Shown here: one piece after another, positions 41,241 to 60,074 of the stretch
Layout: each line of letters begins with the position of its first letter
How positions within the stretch are numbered: the first letter of the stretch is position 1
From: the human T2T-CHM13v2.0 reference genome, Homo sapiens
Strand: one strand, 5' to 3'
Assembly: GCF_009914755.1 (NCBI RefSeq)
Contig: NC_060932.1
Length of the DNA stretch: 64,000 bases
Program-made: the position numbers and the translations under genes
Notes under the pieces: generated by a model
Told to the model about the DNA's origin: nothing
Seen by the model: only the letters and a program-made list of their open reading frames with translations
The model's database searches: none

Positions 41241-41342
41241 TACTCCACCCTGGGGGTTCAGAGAGCTTCTGGGTAATAAGTACATCTGTGTGCTGGGTGA
41301 GGGAGGCACACCCCTATTCCATGAGGACAGAAACCTCCATAA

Positions 41343-44755
<3,413 letters not shown>

Positions 44756-45210
44756 TGAACTTTGTAAAAGCCTTTGTAATAAATTGGTAATAGTACGTAA
44801 ACCATTTTCCTGGGTTCTGTAAGCTGCTTTAGCAAATTGTTTAACTCAGGAGGGGATTATGGGAACCTCTGATTTGTAGTCAAGCTAGACAGAAGTTGTG
44901 GGGAACCTGAGGACCTACCACTTGTGATTGAATCTGAAGTTGGGGGCAGTCTGGTGGGGCTACAGCCTTAACCTGTGCAGATACTAATTCCAGTTAGTGT
45001 CAGAGTTGAATTGAATCATAGGTCATCTAGCTGGTACAGGAGAATTGTACAGTGTGGGAAAAAAAAATCCATATCTGACTACAGTAGTGTAGAGTGTGAG
45101 TATAGAGAAAAACAGTTGATTTTTCCTATACATTTTATGTCAGAAGTGAAGCACGTATTGAGAATGGTGTGAGTATAGAAGGAAAAGCAGTTTGTGTTTC
45201 TCTATATACA

Positions 45211-45485
45211 AGCCCAGGCCACATGGAGAGATATGTGCAGGTATTCTAGCCGACGACCCCAGCTGAGGTCTCAGCTGATAGAATCACCCTCCAACTATAA
45301 GTGAGTAAACCTTCAAATGCTTCCAGGCCTCAGCCTTTGAACCCCAGCCAATCCTGGGTGGAACAGAGATGAGCTAACCTACCGAGCCTGCTGAAATTGC
45401 AGATTATGCGAAAACTAAATATAGCCGTTATTTTAAACCACTGCATTATGAGGTAATTATTATGCAGCCACACAAACAGGAATGG
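45211..45485 (+). mobile_element. MLT1G/H-like LTR, 3' part
   Basis: gaaattgcagatt...ttttaaaccactgcattatgaggtaattattatgcagc MLT1 3' end. Confidence 0.75.
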
Positions 45486-45656
45486 AACCCATTTTATTCA
45501 ATGACAGCTTCTGCCACTTTGCTGAAGCCTTAATCATGAATTATATGGCAAGAAGTAGATTTACATTTATGAACAGGTCAAGAGGAAAGAAATGAAGTCT
45601 TGTTAGAACAACTGTGTTTCTGGAAAAACTTTTTCTCTGGTAAAAGTTTCAGCAAT

Positions 45657-46630
45657 TGTGTTAGTTTCTCGTGGCTGTCGTAATGTTACCACCAATTTGG
45701 TGGCTTAAAACAGCAGAAATTTATGCTCTCACAGTTCTGGAGGCCAGAAATCAGAAATTGGTATCACTGGTGACACCATGATGAACCTGGACAACATTAT
45801 GGCAAGTGAAACAAGGCAGACACAGAAAGATAAATACAGGCTGATCTCATTCATATGTGAAATCTCAGAAAGTTGAACCCATAAAATTAGAGAGTAAAAT
45901 GGTAGTTACCAGAGGATAGGGGAGGGGAGTGAATAGGGAAAGGGAAGATATCGATTAAAAGGTACAAAATTTCAGCTAGACAGGAGGAATACACTTAGTG
46001 ATTCATTGCACAGAATGGTGACTATAATAAATAATAATGCATTGTGTATTTAAAAATTGCCAAAAGAGTAGATTCTAAATGTTTTTACCACAAAAAGGGT
46101 AAGTATGGTAATTAGCTTGATTTGATCATTCCACAATGCAAATATATATCAAAACATCACATTGTATCTCATAAATATATATAAAATTATTTGTTATCTC
46201 AAAATAAAATAAAATTTAAAAAATAAATCAGTATGACTGGTATGAAACCAAGGTGCTGGCAGGGCTGTGGTTCCCCTGGAAATTCTAGAAGAGAATCCAT
46301 TCTTTGCCTTTTCCAGCTTCTGTCTGTGGATACCAGAATTCCTTGGCTTATGTCTACATATCATTCCAATCTTTAAGAGTGCCATCTTCATATCTCTTTC
46401 CTCTCTCTTCATATCCTTTTTTCTGTGTGTCAAACCTTCCTCTGCCACTCTCTTATAAGAATATATATGACTGCATTTAGGGCCCACTGGATAATCCAGG
46501 ATAATCTCCCCATATAAAAATCCTTAATTTAATCACATCTTCAAAGATCCTATTTCTCTGTAAGGTGGCATGCACAGGTGCCTGAGATTAAGACCTAAAT
46601 AACTTTTGGGAGCCAATTTTCAGCCTCACA
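45657..46630 (-). mobile_element. MLT1C-like LTR interrupted by an L1MA 3' end
   Basis: ggcttaaaacagcagaaatttatgctctcacagttctggaggccagaa ... gggcccactggataatccaggataatctccc. Confidence 0.8.
45773..46225 (+). mobile_element. L1MA 3' end
   Basis: atgaacctggacaacattatggcaagtgaaacaaggcagacacagaaagataaatac... with A-rich tail; degenerate TSD aaat..gtat.actggt. Confidence 0.85.
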
Positions 46631-48474
46631 TTGCAAATATTTTTCCCTTTGTATTATTCACCACTGTAACTTTTATTATTAAAATGTTGAACATTCTTGC
46701 ACACATACATTGTTAAGAATATATTTTTAGGAAATATTGTGAACATTATTAAGAATAATACACATAACCCAGATTTATTAATATTTTAAGATTTTGCCAT
46801 ATTTGCTTCAGGATTTTTCTTAAATTAGTTAACACTTTATAGAAAGAGCTGGAGCTGTATGTGTACCTCTTTCTTCTTCCTTAGAGGTAGCCATTATCCT
46901 GACTTTGTCATTTATGATTCCTATGGATGTTTATAGCCTATTTCTACATGGAAGAGGAGGGAACATTACTCTAGATATCAAACCTAGACAAAGATATCAT
47001 AAGGAAAGAAAACTAAAGATCAATATCTTATAAATATGAACACAAAAATCCTCAATAAAATACTGGCAAACAAATTCTAGAAACATATAAAAGGAATTAT
47101 ACACCATGGGTAAGTAGGATTTATTCCAGGAATGCAAAGTTAGTTTGGCATCTGAAAATTAATTAGTATAATATATTGTATCAATAGAATTAAAAGGAAA
47201 ATGTATATGATCTCAATAGATGCAATAAAAGCATTTGTCATAATTCAATACTTTCCAAGAATTTATACACCACCATTTATACACCCATTAACCTAGGAAT
47301 GGAAGAGAACTTCCTCAATTTGATAAAGAGCATTTATAAAAAGCCCACAGCTAACACTGTACTTAATGGTGAAAGACTAGATTATTTTCTCTTAAGATCA
47401 GAAACAAGACTCTCTGACTGCTTCTATTTGACATTGTACTGGTGGTTCTAGTCAGGGCAATGAGGCAAGAAAAAGAAATAAAATGCTCCGAGATTGGAAG
47501 GGAAGAAATAAAGCTATCTCTACTTGCAGATGACATGATGTTATGTACAGAAAAATCTTAAGGGATCCACCAAAAACTATTAAAGTGAGTTCAGTAAGCT
47601 TGCAGGATACAAGATCAAAATGAAAATATCAGTTGTATTTTTATACACCTGAAATAAATAAGCTGAAAATGAAATTAAGGAAACAATTCTATTTGCAGTA
47701 GCACCAAAAATAATAAAATACTTGGAATAAGTTTAACAAAAGTGTGTAAAACATATTATCTGAAAACTATAAAACATTATTGGAGAAATTAAAGAGGATC
47801 TAAAGAAATGAAAAAAATGTTCCATGTTAATGGATCAGAGGGCTTAATATGGTTAAGATGGCAATACTCTCCAAACTGACCTACAGATTTAATAATATCC
47901 CTATAATAACACCAGCTGATGTCCATAGAAATTGACAAGATCAGTCTCAAATTCACATAGGATTGCAAGGGACTCAAAATAGCCAAAACAGATTTGAAAA
48001 AGAACAAAATACGGGGACTTACACTTTCAAATTTCTAAACTTACTACAAAGTAATAATAATCAATTGGTGCTTATGCAATATGGTAGTGACATAAGGCTG
48101 GGTATATATATCAATAGAATAGAATTGAGAGTTCAAAAATAAACCCATACATCTATGGTCATCTGATTTTCAACAAGAGTATCAAGACCATTCAATGGGG
48201 AAGGAACAGTCTTTTCAAGAAATGGTGCTGGGATAACTGGATAGCCATATAAAACATAATGAAATTGGATCCTTACCTCATGCCATATACAATTCAATTG
48301 GATCAAAGACTTAAATGAAAGTGCTAAAACTGTAAAATACTTAGAAGAAAACATAGGAGTAAATCTTCATAACCTTGGATTTAGAAAAGGATTCTCACAT
48401 ATGGCACCAAAAGCACAAATAGCAAAAGAAAGCTAGATGAATCAGACCTCATTAAAAACGTTTTTGCTTCATAG

Positions 48475-48819
48475 CAGCAGTCCCCAACCCTTTTTGGCAC
48501 CAGGAAGTGGTTTCATGGAAGACAATTTTTCCACACACTGGTGGGTGATGTGGGGGCTGGTTTTGAGATGCAACTATTCCACCTCAGATCATCAGGCATT
48601 AGATTCTCGTAAGGAGTGCACAACCTAGATCCCACACATGTGCAGTTCACAATAGAGGTCACACTCCTGTAAGAATCTAAGGCTGGCACTGATCTGACAG
48701 GAGGTGGAGCTGAGATGGTAATGCTCGCTTGCCCACCACTCACCTCCTGCTGTGAAGCCCGATTCCTAACAGGCCATGGACTAGCATCTAGCCATGGCCT
48801 GGGGGTTGGAGACCCCCTG
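48475..48819. mobile_element. MER1B (hAT-Charlie)
   Basis: cagcagtccccaacc...gaccccctg termini; 8-bp TSD cttcatag/cttcaaag. Confidence 0.9.
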
Positions 48820-48978
48820 CTTCAAAGGACACCTTCAAGAAAGTAAAAAGACAGGTCAAAGAATGAGAGAATATGTTTGCAAATCATATATCTGATAAGG
48901 GATTTGTATCTAGAATATATACAGAGCATGTACAACCCAATAATAAAAAGACAACACAACTAAAAATGGACAAATATT

Positions 48979-50835
48979 GAAAACCGGAACACCACAAGGA
49001 TGCCCACTCTCACCACTCCTATTCAGCATAGTACTGGAAATCCTAGCCAGAGCAGTCAGGCAAGAGAAAGACATAAAAGGAACCCAAATAGGAAAAGAAG
49101 AGAAAAGTCAAACTATCTCTCTTTGTTGACAATACAACCCTGTACCTAGAAAACCCTGAAGACTCTGCCAAAGGCTTGTGGAACTGATAAATGACTTCGG
49201 TAAAGTTTCAGGATACAAAATCAACATACAAAAATCAGTAGCATTTCTATACACCAATAATAGTCAAGCCGAGAGCCAAATCAAACAGGCAATTCCATTT
49301 ACAGTAGTCACACACACAAAAAACACCTAGGAATACATCTAACCAAGGAGGTGAAAGCTCTCTATACAGAGAACTACAAAACACTGGTGAAAGAAATGAG
49401 ATGACACAAACAAATGGAAAAACATTCCAAGCTCATATACTGGAAAAATCGATATTGTTAAAATGGTCATACTGCCTAAAGCAATCTATAGACTCAACAC
49501 TATTCCTATCAAACTACCAATAACATTTTTCACAGAATTAGAAAAAACTATTCTACAATGCACATGGAACCAAGAAAAAGCCCAAATAACCAAATCAGTC
49601 CTAAGCAAAAAGAACAAAGCTGGAGGCATCACATTACCTGACTTCAAACTATACTATAAGGCTACAGCAGCCAAAACAGCATAGTACAGAAATAGACATA
49701 TAGACCAATGGAACAGAATAGAGAATCTATAAATAAAGCCACACATCAGCAGCCACCTGATCTTTGACAAGGTCAACAAAAAAAAGGGGAAAGGACTCCC
49801 TGTTCAATAAATGGTGCTGGGATAGCTGGCTAGCCGTATGCAGAAGAATGAAACTGTAACCCTTACCTTTCACCACATATAAAAATTAACTCAAGATGGA
49901 TTGAAGATTTAAATATAAGACCTCAAAATATAAAAATCCTAGAAGAAACCTAGGAAACACCATTCTAGATATAGGTCTTGAGAAAATGTATGACTAAGTC
50001 CTTAAAAGCAATTGCAACAGAACCAAAAATTGACAAGTGGGACCTAAGTAAAAGAAAGAGCTTTTGCACAGCAAAATAAACTATCAACAGAGTAAACAGA
50101 CAACCTGCAGAATGGGAGCAAATATTAAAACTGCAATGATATACCATCTCACACCAGCCAGAATGGCTGTTATTAACAAGTCAAAAAACTGATGGTAGTG
50201 AGGCCATGGAGAATAGGGAACACTTATACACTGTTGGTGGGAAGGTAAATTAGTTCAGCTACTGTGGAAAACAGTTTGAAGATTTCTCAAAGAACCTAAA
50301 ACAGAACTAGCATTCAACCTAGCAATCCCATTACTGGGTATATACCCAAAGAAAAGAAATCATTCTGCCAAAGACACAAGCACTTGTATGTTCATCACAG
50401 CACTATTCACAATATCAAAGACCTGGAATCAACCTAGGTACCCATCAAAAGTGGATTGGATAAAGAAAATGTGGTACATGTACATGATGGAATACTATGC
50501 GCCATAAAAAAGAACAAGATCACGTGCTTTGCAGCAACATGGATGCAGCAGGAAGCCATTATCCTAAACAAATTAATGCAGGATCAGAAAACCAAATATT
50601 ACATGTTCTTATAAGTGGGAGCTAAACATTAGCTGTATGTGAACATGAAAACAATAAACAAGGGGGACTACTGGTGGGGAAGGGCAAAGGTTGAAAAACT
50701 ACCTATTGGCTACTATGCTCATTACCTAGGTGATGGGATCAATCATATCCCAAACCTCAGCATCATGCAATATACCTATGTAACAAACTTGCATATGTAT
50801 CCCCTGAATCTAAAATAAAAGTTGAAAGTATATAA
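48979..50835 (+). mobile_element. 5'-truncated L1PA15/16-like element
   Basis: ORF2 3' half plus 3'UTR ending gtatcccctgaatctaaaataaaagttgaaa. Confidence 0.85.
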
Positions 50836-51031
50836 AAAGGATATATTATCTGATTAAACATCTCTCCAAAATAGAATATACAAGTGTCCCATAAATATAT
50901 GAAAAGATACTCAATATTATTAGTTATTAGGGAAATGCAAATAAATAACACAATAAGCTACTAATTTGCATACATTAGGATGGCTACAATGAAAATGTCA
51001 GATAATAACAAATGTTGTCGAGGATACACAC

Positions 51032-51433
51032 TGTTATGGTTTGAATGTGTTTGCTCCAAAATTAAGGTGTTTAAACTTAATGGCCAATGTGATGATATTA
51101 AGAAATAGAGCTTTTAAGAGGTGATTAAGCCATGAGGAATTTGCTCCTTGTGAATGTGATTAAGGCCTTTATAAAAGAGGCTCCACATAGCATTCAGTTC
51201 ATTTGCCCTTCTACCTTCCACTATGTGAGGACACAGCGTTCCTCTCTTCTGGAGGATGCAGCAACAAGGCACTATCTTGGAAGCAGTGAGCAGCCCTCAC
51301 CAGACAACAGAACCTATTATTGCATTTATCTTGGACTTCCCAACCTCTAGAATTATGAAGAAATAAATTTCTATTATTTATGAACTATCCAGTCTTTGGT
51401 ATTTTGTTATGACAGCACAAATGGACTAAGGCA
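51032..51433 (+). mobile_element. MST-type MaLR solo LTR (MSTC-like)
   Basis: tgttatggtttgaatgtg...gttatgacagcacaaatggactaaggca. Confidence 0.8.
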
Positions 51434-53447
51434 TGGACAAGCAGGAATTCTATACACTGCTGGTGGGAATGTAAAATGGTGTGGCTGCTTTGTAAAAACA
51501 ATGTAGCACTTCCTTAAATGATTACATTCAGAGTTACCATATGACCCAGCAATTCCATTCCCAGATATATACCCAAGAGAGATTAAAAACATATTCACAC
51601 AAAACTTGAACCTGGAAGTTTATAGCAGTATTCATCATAGCCAGTTCCTCAACTAAAATGTGGAAACAACCCAAGTGTAAGTGAATGGATAAATAGATAA
51701 ACAAAATGTGGTATATTCGTAAAGTGAAATATTGCCAAGCCATAAAAAGAAATGAAGTACATACTGATATACATACTTTCAGATCCAAACACAAGTATGT
51801 GAGAATTCTGTTGTTCCAGACTTTACCACCACTTCACATCATCAGACTTAAATTTTTGCCTCTCTGACGGATGTGAAATGTATCTGTTTTGTACTTCCTT
51901 GACTATTAAGGCTGAATGTCTTTTCATGTTTATTGACTATATGAGTTTTTTTTTCTTCCATAAATATCCTGTTCACATGTTTTAACTATTTCTTTTTCTG
52001 CATTGTTTGTCTTTTCTAATTGATTTACTGGAGTATTTGGAGACCCCAACCTGGGCACTAGGGGTTCACATAGCTCCCTGCTTGTCCTTGTTTCTAGGCC
52101 TTTTTGTGAACTACGGTTTTTACTGATGCTCCAAATTCACATTCAGGCATAGGGTTTTAAAATAAATGTGTTAAACTCATATCTCCAACTCCTTTCCCTC
52201 ATACACACAATAGTTTTAGAATAACAATGCCATGTGTTCTACAATAATAAGAGAAGTGAAAATTATTTAAGAGCATTTGCCCTATTGTTTTTCTAATTCT
52301 AAAAGAAATACATATTTAATATGGAAGAGTTATAAAATAGAAAAATCATAAAGAACAAAAGTTATTTATAATCCAATAACCCATGTATTATCAATGTGAA
52401 CATTTTGGAACATTTGTTATTCTTGAAAATGGTTTAGATAGTAAACTTTTGAATACAATGAGCACCTGTCCCATTATGTATTTTAAATGGGAGAATAATG
52501 ATGTGTTCTCAGCTTATATAAAAGTCCCGAACCATTCTTCAAATATTACTAAAATATTCTTAAGCATCTATAGAAAAATTGACTGGAATTTCTGCAAACT
52601 TAAAGACATTTTAAACACTGTTGAGTTAACATTTGCTAAAATCATAGGGGGGTATATTTGTATGTTTTATGAAACAATGTTGCATAACATTGGAAATTAA
52701 AATTGTCTTTTGCATTGCAAAGAACATGTACTATAATGTAAATCAAATTATTAAATATGGTTAGGTTGCATAGGAATGCAAATAATATTTAGCAAAATGA
52801 AACAAGTCAAAGCAATTTTTAAACAAAATATTTAATTGTCAACTGAATAGCTGCCTGAATGTGGTGGGTAAAGAGAAATGGAGGACATAGTCTGTTCCTG
52901 TTTGCGGGGTGAAGGGTTGGTTGGTGGTGGCTTAAGAGACATGTGAGTGAACTGGAGATGGGATGAATAAAACAGTAAATATATTATGTTTGTTCTTATT
53001 TAAATTCAAGAAACCAGATGTTCAGGCTTCTCTTGTTGCACTCAAGACATCAGAAGTTGGTGTCTATTTTCCATAATTCATTAAAGAGAAATGTGCAACC
53101 TCACTCTTAGATTTGCAGTATCTTTATTCCAGAGAATTCTCTTTCCTTGATGGAGACCTACACAATTTCTTTTTTGTTCAATCTATGAAATTAGGATCAG
53201 CCAGGTGGTCAGCATGACTAATTTTACTTCTTATACAAGTAGCATTAAGGGAAATGAATGCCTAGGTTTTCATTTTCTGCAGGGCAGATGCTGGCTAGTT
53301 AAGCTTGCCTGTAAATCATAGTTTGTCCATAAACTCCAGCATATTCTATTTAGAACCACAGAGCGAAAAACTAATAAATACATTTAAAAATCTTAGTAGA
53401 CATTAACTCCAGAGAGGTTCTTAATTTTTAACTTGATCAAAATTTTA

Positions 53448-53903
<456 letters not shown>

Positions 53904-54482
53904 TTATAACAGGTTTCTTTTTCAAGCAAGGTTTAGAGTAAAGAGATACAAAATAAATGGATCTATATCTACGTTGTGTGGTAATACTCTAATTCCTACT
54001 TACTCTTGGATTGGGGTCCTGTTGAATTCTGAAGTCTTGGTGGGGAAATGGTATTGATGCCACTTGGAAGGAACAGGTCCAGTAAAAGTTTTAATAGGAT
54101 GGACTGCATTCCTCTTTCTATAAAAACATACCCCCAGGAAAAGGGATCAAGGTCCATTAACCTAATCACCATTTCCACACTGTGAGAAGAAAATAGGCTG
54201 TTATTTTTTATTTTTTGCCACAGTGATTAGTTTAAGCTCTCACACTCTGGGTTTCTGAGGTCTAATGTCTGTTTCCATGGGAACGGCAGTGGCAGGCAGC
54301 TGCTAAGTTGTTAGACATCTAATAATCTGGGGAAGCTCCTGTCTGAATGCAGGCCAAGTTTCTCCAGCATCTTGGGTCATTTAGTCACAAGTGGCTGTGC
54401 AGCCTGTAGAGACATCTTGGAATATAGGGAGTTGAAATACTTGCTATATTGAAATTATATATATAATTTTTTTATTCATTTA

Positions 54483-54818
<336 letters not shown>

Positions 54819-55411
54819 GAAGTGATTTGAAAAAGAAAAAGGGCTTTAGGAAGGACACAGAATATAAACAAATCTCCTGTCCTCATGACACTTAAGATTT
54901 ATAGGGATTCCTAAGTCTCCTGTACTGCATACTCAAAATGCAGGGTCCTAAGACTTACAGGAAATATTATACTCAAATGCACTTTCTTCATTCCTGTCTT
55001 GACCATCTGTGCTGAATCCTCACCTCTTTTCCTATTCTGTGAACTGGGATGTATAAACGAATAAGAAATGTAAATATCCTGGCTGCTAATTCCTTGTAAG
55101 TCTAGAAAGTGGTTAGGTATTTGACTTGTCTCCTCTGGTTCTTACCCTGGCCATTCTTGTTGCTAAGAAGGAATGATGTCTCCTGCAAAGAGCCCACCAA
55201 ACACATTTCTACCCTAAGTAGCCTGCTCAAAACTCATCAAAAGCCCTACTAAGACGTTTTGCTGCACTGAACCCTTTCATTTTATAGTTTCCTCATTTAG
55301 AATTCCCTTTCACACGTCCATTCATTCATTCAACAAATATTAAGGGTCTACTATGTGCCAGGCCTGGTAGTAAGAATTTGGTATAGACATAATATTCCTT
55401 CAAGAAGCTTA

Positions 55412-55709
<298 letters not shown>

Positions 55710-57157
55710 GCAGCTTAGAGCTTGATGGGAAAAAGCTATTACAGGAATAAATGCAAAACTTGTTATACAATAACAGGCTACGTTATGTATTATGAGGTTT
55801 CTGTGGAAAAAGAATAAGGGATATAACCTAATTTATATTGGGGTTGGGTTCATAGAGGCTATTTTCTACAGCCAAAATCCAGATATAGAGTCTAAAATAC
55901 GTGGAGTGAGATGGACAAGAGAAAGAAAGTGTCTTGAATTGGTTTTTTCCCCCATTGTCTCACATCTCTTTTTGCCTTTGCAGTCACATCAATTGAGCAT
56001 CTTTATGGTGGCCCATTTGTGCTCTTTCATCAGTTTATGTCTTCGGTTGCTTAACAGATTCCTCTTTGAGGAAGCTGAGATTATGGGGGAGGGTTTGAGA
56101 GCAGCGATATAGGCACTTAGCAAGAAAATAACAACCTACAGGAGCCTGTGTGTTATAGGAGCCTTACAGACAGCAAGGGTGCATAAAGTCAATGTTGAGA
56201 TGGCTAAGGCAGGCTTCATTGAGAGGAAAGGACATAGGCTCGGCTAAGAAATTTCTTCTCTATCCACTGTTATGTTCTGAACCAGCAGCTATCAGGTCCA
56301 GAGGTTTTCTAGCTGTACCCTCTTCTCTCCCCTGTGGCAGGGCAGATGTAGTATCCAGGGTGGCCTGGCTGCAGGTCACCAATTTAGAACTCATATGATG
56401 GTCCTTGGCAGGTGCATGGCAACGTAATCCATTCAATCACATTGCACAGTGATAAGTCACTGCATGTGCGACAGCAGAGAATGAGCCCCGCCTGGGAAAT
56501 AGCCTGTATCTTTCCACTTGTCCTGACTGATTAACAATTTATGCTGCATGAGTAGAAAATAATTTTGACCTCATTCACTTTATTGCTTGTGAAATCATGG
56601 CAGTATCCATAGACTTTTTGCTTAAACATTTATATTAGTAGGCATTTTTGTGTTTTCACATGGCTGCATGAAATGAACAGGCACTTTTCTAATATGAACA
56701 TACAGTGAATGAATTAATAACTGTATGTTTCTAAGAGCCACATTTCTGTTAGAACTAGCCATATAAGGCATATGACTAATGAATTCAGATATTTAATATT
56801 GAAGTTTAGGAAAATGTCATTTCCACTGGGCTGAGAATTAGAGTCAGGAGCAAATCTTCCTATCTCCCTCTCCTACACATTCATTCATTCAGCATTGTGT
56901 GCCTATTATATGTCAAGATAGTATAATGTATATATTTAATATTATATATAGTATAGTATAATACATATTGGCACATAAATATGTTTTTTATATATATATA
57001 ATCATCGATAGTAACATGTTTATAGGCAATAGCAATTCAATGTGGCAAGTTTTATGACAAGGCCATACACAGGATGCTATGGAGCATGGAAAGGAAGGAG
57101 TCCCTGAGAACATGTCATCGAAACTGACTTCAAATGGAGATGTAGGTATGAGCTGGT

Positions 57158-57551
57158 TGTTAGAAACGGAATGTTTGTGTCACCCCGAAATTCTTGTGTT
57201 GAAACCCTAACCCCTAGTGTGGCTACATTTAGAGATGGGGCCTCTAAGGAAGTAATTAAGTTTAAATGAGGTCATGGGAGTGGGGCCCCAATTCAACTGG
57301 ATTAGTGTCCTCATAAGAAGAGACATCGAAAGCCAGCTCTCTCCCTCTCTGAACATACACACAAACACGAGGCCATGTGAAGACATAGCAAGAAGGCAGC
57401 TGTCTGCAAGCTGGGAAGAGAGCCCTCACCAGAAACTAAATTTACCAGAATCTTGGAGTTTTAGCTTCTGAACTGTAAGGAAATAAATGTCTGCTGCTTA
57501 AGCCACCAAGCCTGTGGTATTTTGTTATGGTAGCCTTAGCAGGCTAATACA
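57158..57551 (+). mobile_element. MLT1A/B-type solo LTR inside an antisense L2
   Basis: TG...gctaataCA; TSD ctggt/gtggt. Confidence 0.85.
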
Positions 57552-58074
57552 GTGGTAAACTCTGCATATGGAGGAGTTGAAAAAGAGAGAGTAGATGGCA
57601 ATTTGGGCAGAAGGGGAATTACCTGCAAATGTTCAAGGGAGTGGAGATAATTCTTCTTAAACTGTTTATCAGTCCTTCAGGAGATAAGTTAACAACAGAG
57701 GATAATTATCCCAGAGAACTGGTTTCTGGCAAATGTCTGAAGGGCATGGTAGGTCATAAAATACCCACTGGTGGTATTTTATATTCTGAAAACCATTTTA
57801 ATCTACCTTTCATGACCTGGATGCTTCAGCCTCCTGTGCTTCCTCAGAATTTGATAACTGACCCATGAGACAAAAACTGATCTTTTATCTAGAATCCTCT
57901 AGATTCCAGTACAACTCAGCAGCTGTGAAGCCTCTAAATTTGCAACTTGCTTTCTTTTAAACTCAGTAGAATCCCTCAGCCAGAACCAATCCTCATGCCA
58001 ATTTTAGAACTGTTCGATATTCCCAAGAAAAGAAAATGGCTGGTGATTGTCAACTCTCTTAAGAAAGTCTCTTA

Positions 58075-58380
58075 TTTTGGGGGGGTGGGGTGAGGGGGTG
58101 GGGGATGGACTCTCACTGTGTCACCCAGGCTGGAGTGCAGTGGTGTGATCTTAGCTCACTGCAAACTCCGCCTCCGGGTTCAAGTGATTCTCCTGTCTCA
58201 GCCTCCCAAGTAGCTGGGACTACAGGCACACGCCACCATGCCCTGCTAATTTTTGCATTTTTAGTAGGGACAGGGTTTCACCATATTGGCCAGGCTGGTC
58301 TGGAACTCCTGACCTTGTGATCTGCCCACCTCGGCCTCCCAAAGTGCTGGGATTACAGCTGTGAGCCACCGCGCCCAGCT
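58075..58380 (-). mobile_element. AluS with a G-run in place of the T-tail
   Basis: Reverse Alu dimer; 58079-58104 is G-rich where poly(T) is expected. Confidence 0.92.
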
Positions 58381-58679
58381 GGAAATGTTCTTTTGACTCT
58401 GAAATTTTAGTTCATCGAGTCCTCATTGACTTCACAGCTCTCTGGTATCTTTAAGTGTATTATTTTTGTAATTTATATGCTTTTTTTTCCTGGTTACTAG
58501 CAGGAACATTGATCCACCATAACCAATTTCATGTTTCTGAGAAGTGAAGCTCATTTTCTGTTAAAGAGAAAGAGAGACATGAATTCCAAAACAGGTAAAG
58601 GTGTCTATAAACCAGTAAGTTTATTTTAGATACCAAGCAAAATTCTAGAACTTATTATTTATAAGGCAGATGGAGAGTT

Positions 58680-59690
58680 ATTATAAAGGGCACAGTAAAA
58701 AATGTCTAACATAGGATTATCGAGAGCATATCATCACTAAATAGTTCTATTTTTTTTGACAAGGCTACAGAAAAATAGATAATGTCTATCTGAAATTCAG
58801 AAAGACATTTGACAAAGTTTTTCATAATATCCTTATTGCCAATATAACGAGATGTGAAGTTAATACTAATACGTTCAGATGGATTTAGAGTCAAAAGATT
58901 TTATTTTATAACTTTTTAAAGAGAACAGTGTGAGTTTGAAGACATGTTTCTGTGAGTGGAGTACAAAGCTTGTTATCAAGGAAACTGGGTGGATTTTAAT
59001 CAATGAGTTTGATAGAGACAGAGCACACAGATCATGTAAAGTTGGAGAGAATGCCAGTAAATTGAAAGACAGAATCAAGAACCAAGGTATCTTCTGTAAG
59101 CTGCAACAAATAACACTTAATGGGTATTAATGTCATATCCTACATTTGGATAAAATAAAAACTGTTAAAATGCAGGCTGAGAAAGACATGGCTTAATAAG
59201 AATATGTGTTTTAAAAAGCCTTGGGAAGTATTGTTGGCTTGAGCTCAGAATGAGTCAACAGGGTGACATGGCCAGCAAGAAGGCCAGTGGGATTTATAGC
59301 AATGCTGAGAAGGGCAGAGGGTGCAGATTGAATATATTGCACTGGTGAGTGCATTATCCTGAATACTGCATGGACGCGTGCTGTTGCATTCTGCTCTGAG
59401 CATCATACTTTAGGAAGGAGGACCATATATGAAGCTTGCCAGAGGAAAGTAACTAGGATATAAAGCATGAGGGAATGTAAAGACATGTCAGGAAAAGAGT
59501 TGAAGGATAAGAGAGTGTCTAACTTGGGAAAGAGAGGCTTTGGAAGATGGAAGAGGTATCTTCCACTGCATAAGGGATTGCTTTGTTATTGAGGTCAGAG
59601 CTAGGACAGAAATATAGAGAAAAAGGTTTTATTGCTAAAGTGCAGAGGAACATTTTCAAAATAGTGATAGGTATGTAAATTTTGAATTTT
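58680..59690 (+). mobile_element. L3/CR1 LINE relic (RT region)
   Basis: ttttttgacaaggctaca...gtctatctgaaattcagaaagacatttgacaaagtt matches CR1 RT FFDKVT...VYLDFSKAFDKV. Confidence 0.7.
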
Positions 59691-59725
59691 GAATGAGACC
59701 ACTTAGCGTAGTGATGACGATTTAG

Positions 59726-60033
<308 letters not shown>

Positions 60034-60074
60034 CGATTTAGGAATTTTAAATCAGGAAAAAATTTAATATTGGA

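Larger units (their letters stand above)
46950..51780 (+). mobile_element. L1MB-like ORF2/3' region hosting MER1B, L1PA15/16 and MST insertions
   Basis: Decayed ORF2 (aaaatcctcaataaaatactggcaaac; cttgcagatgacatgat); resumes after each insertion. Confidence 0.85.
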
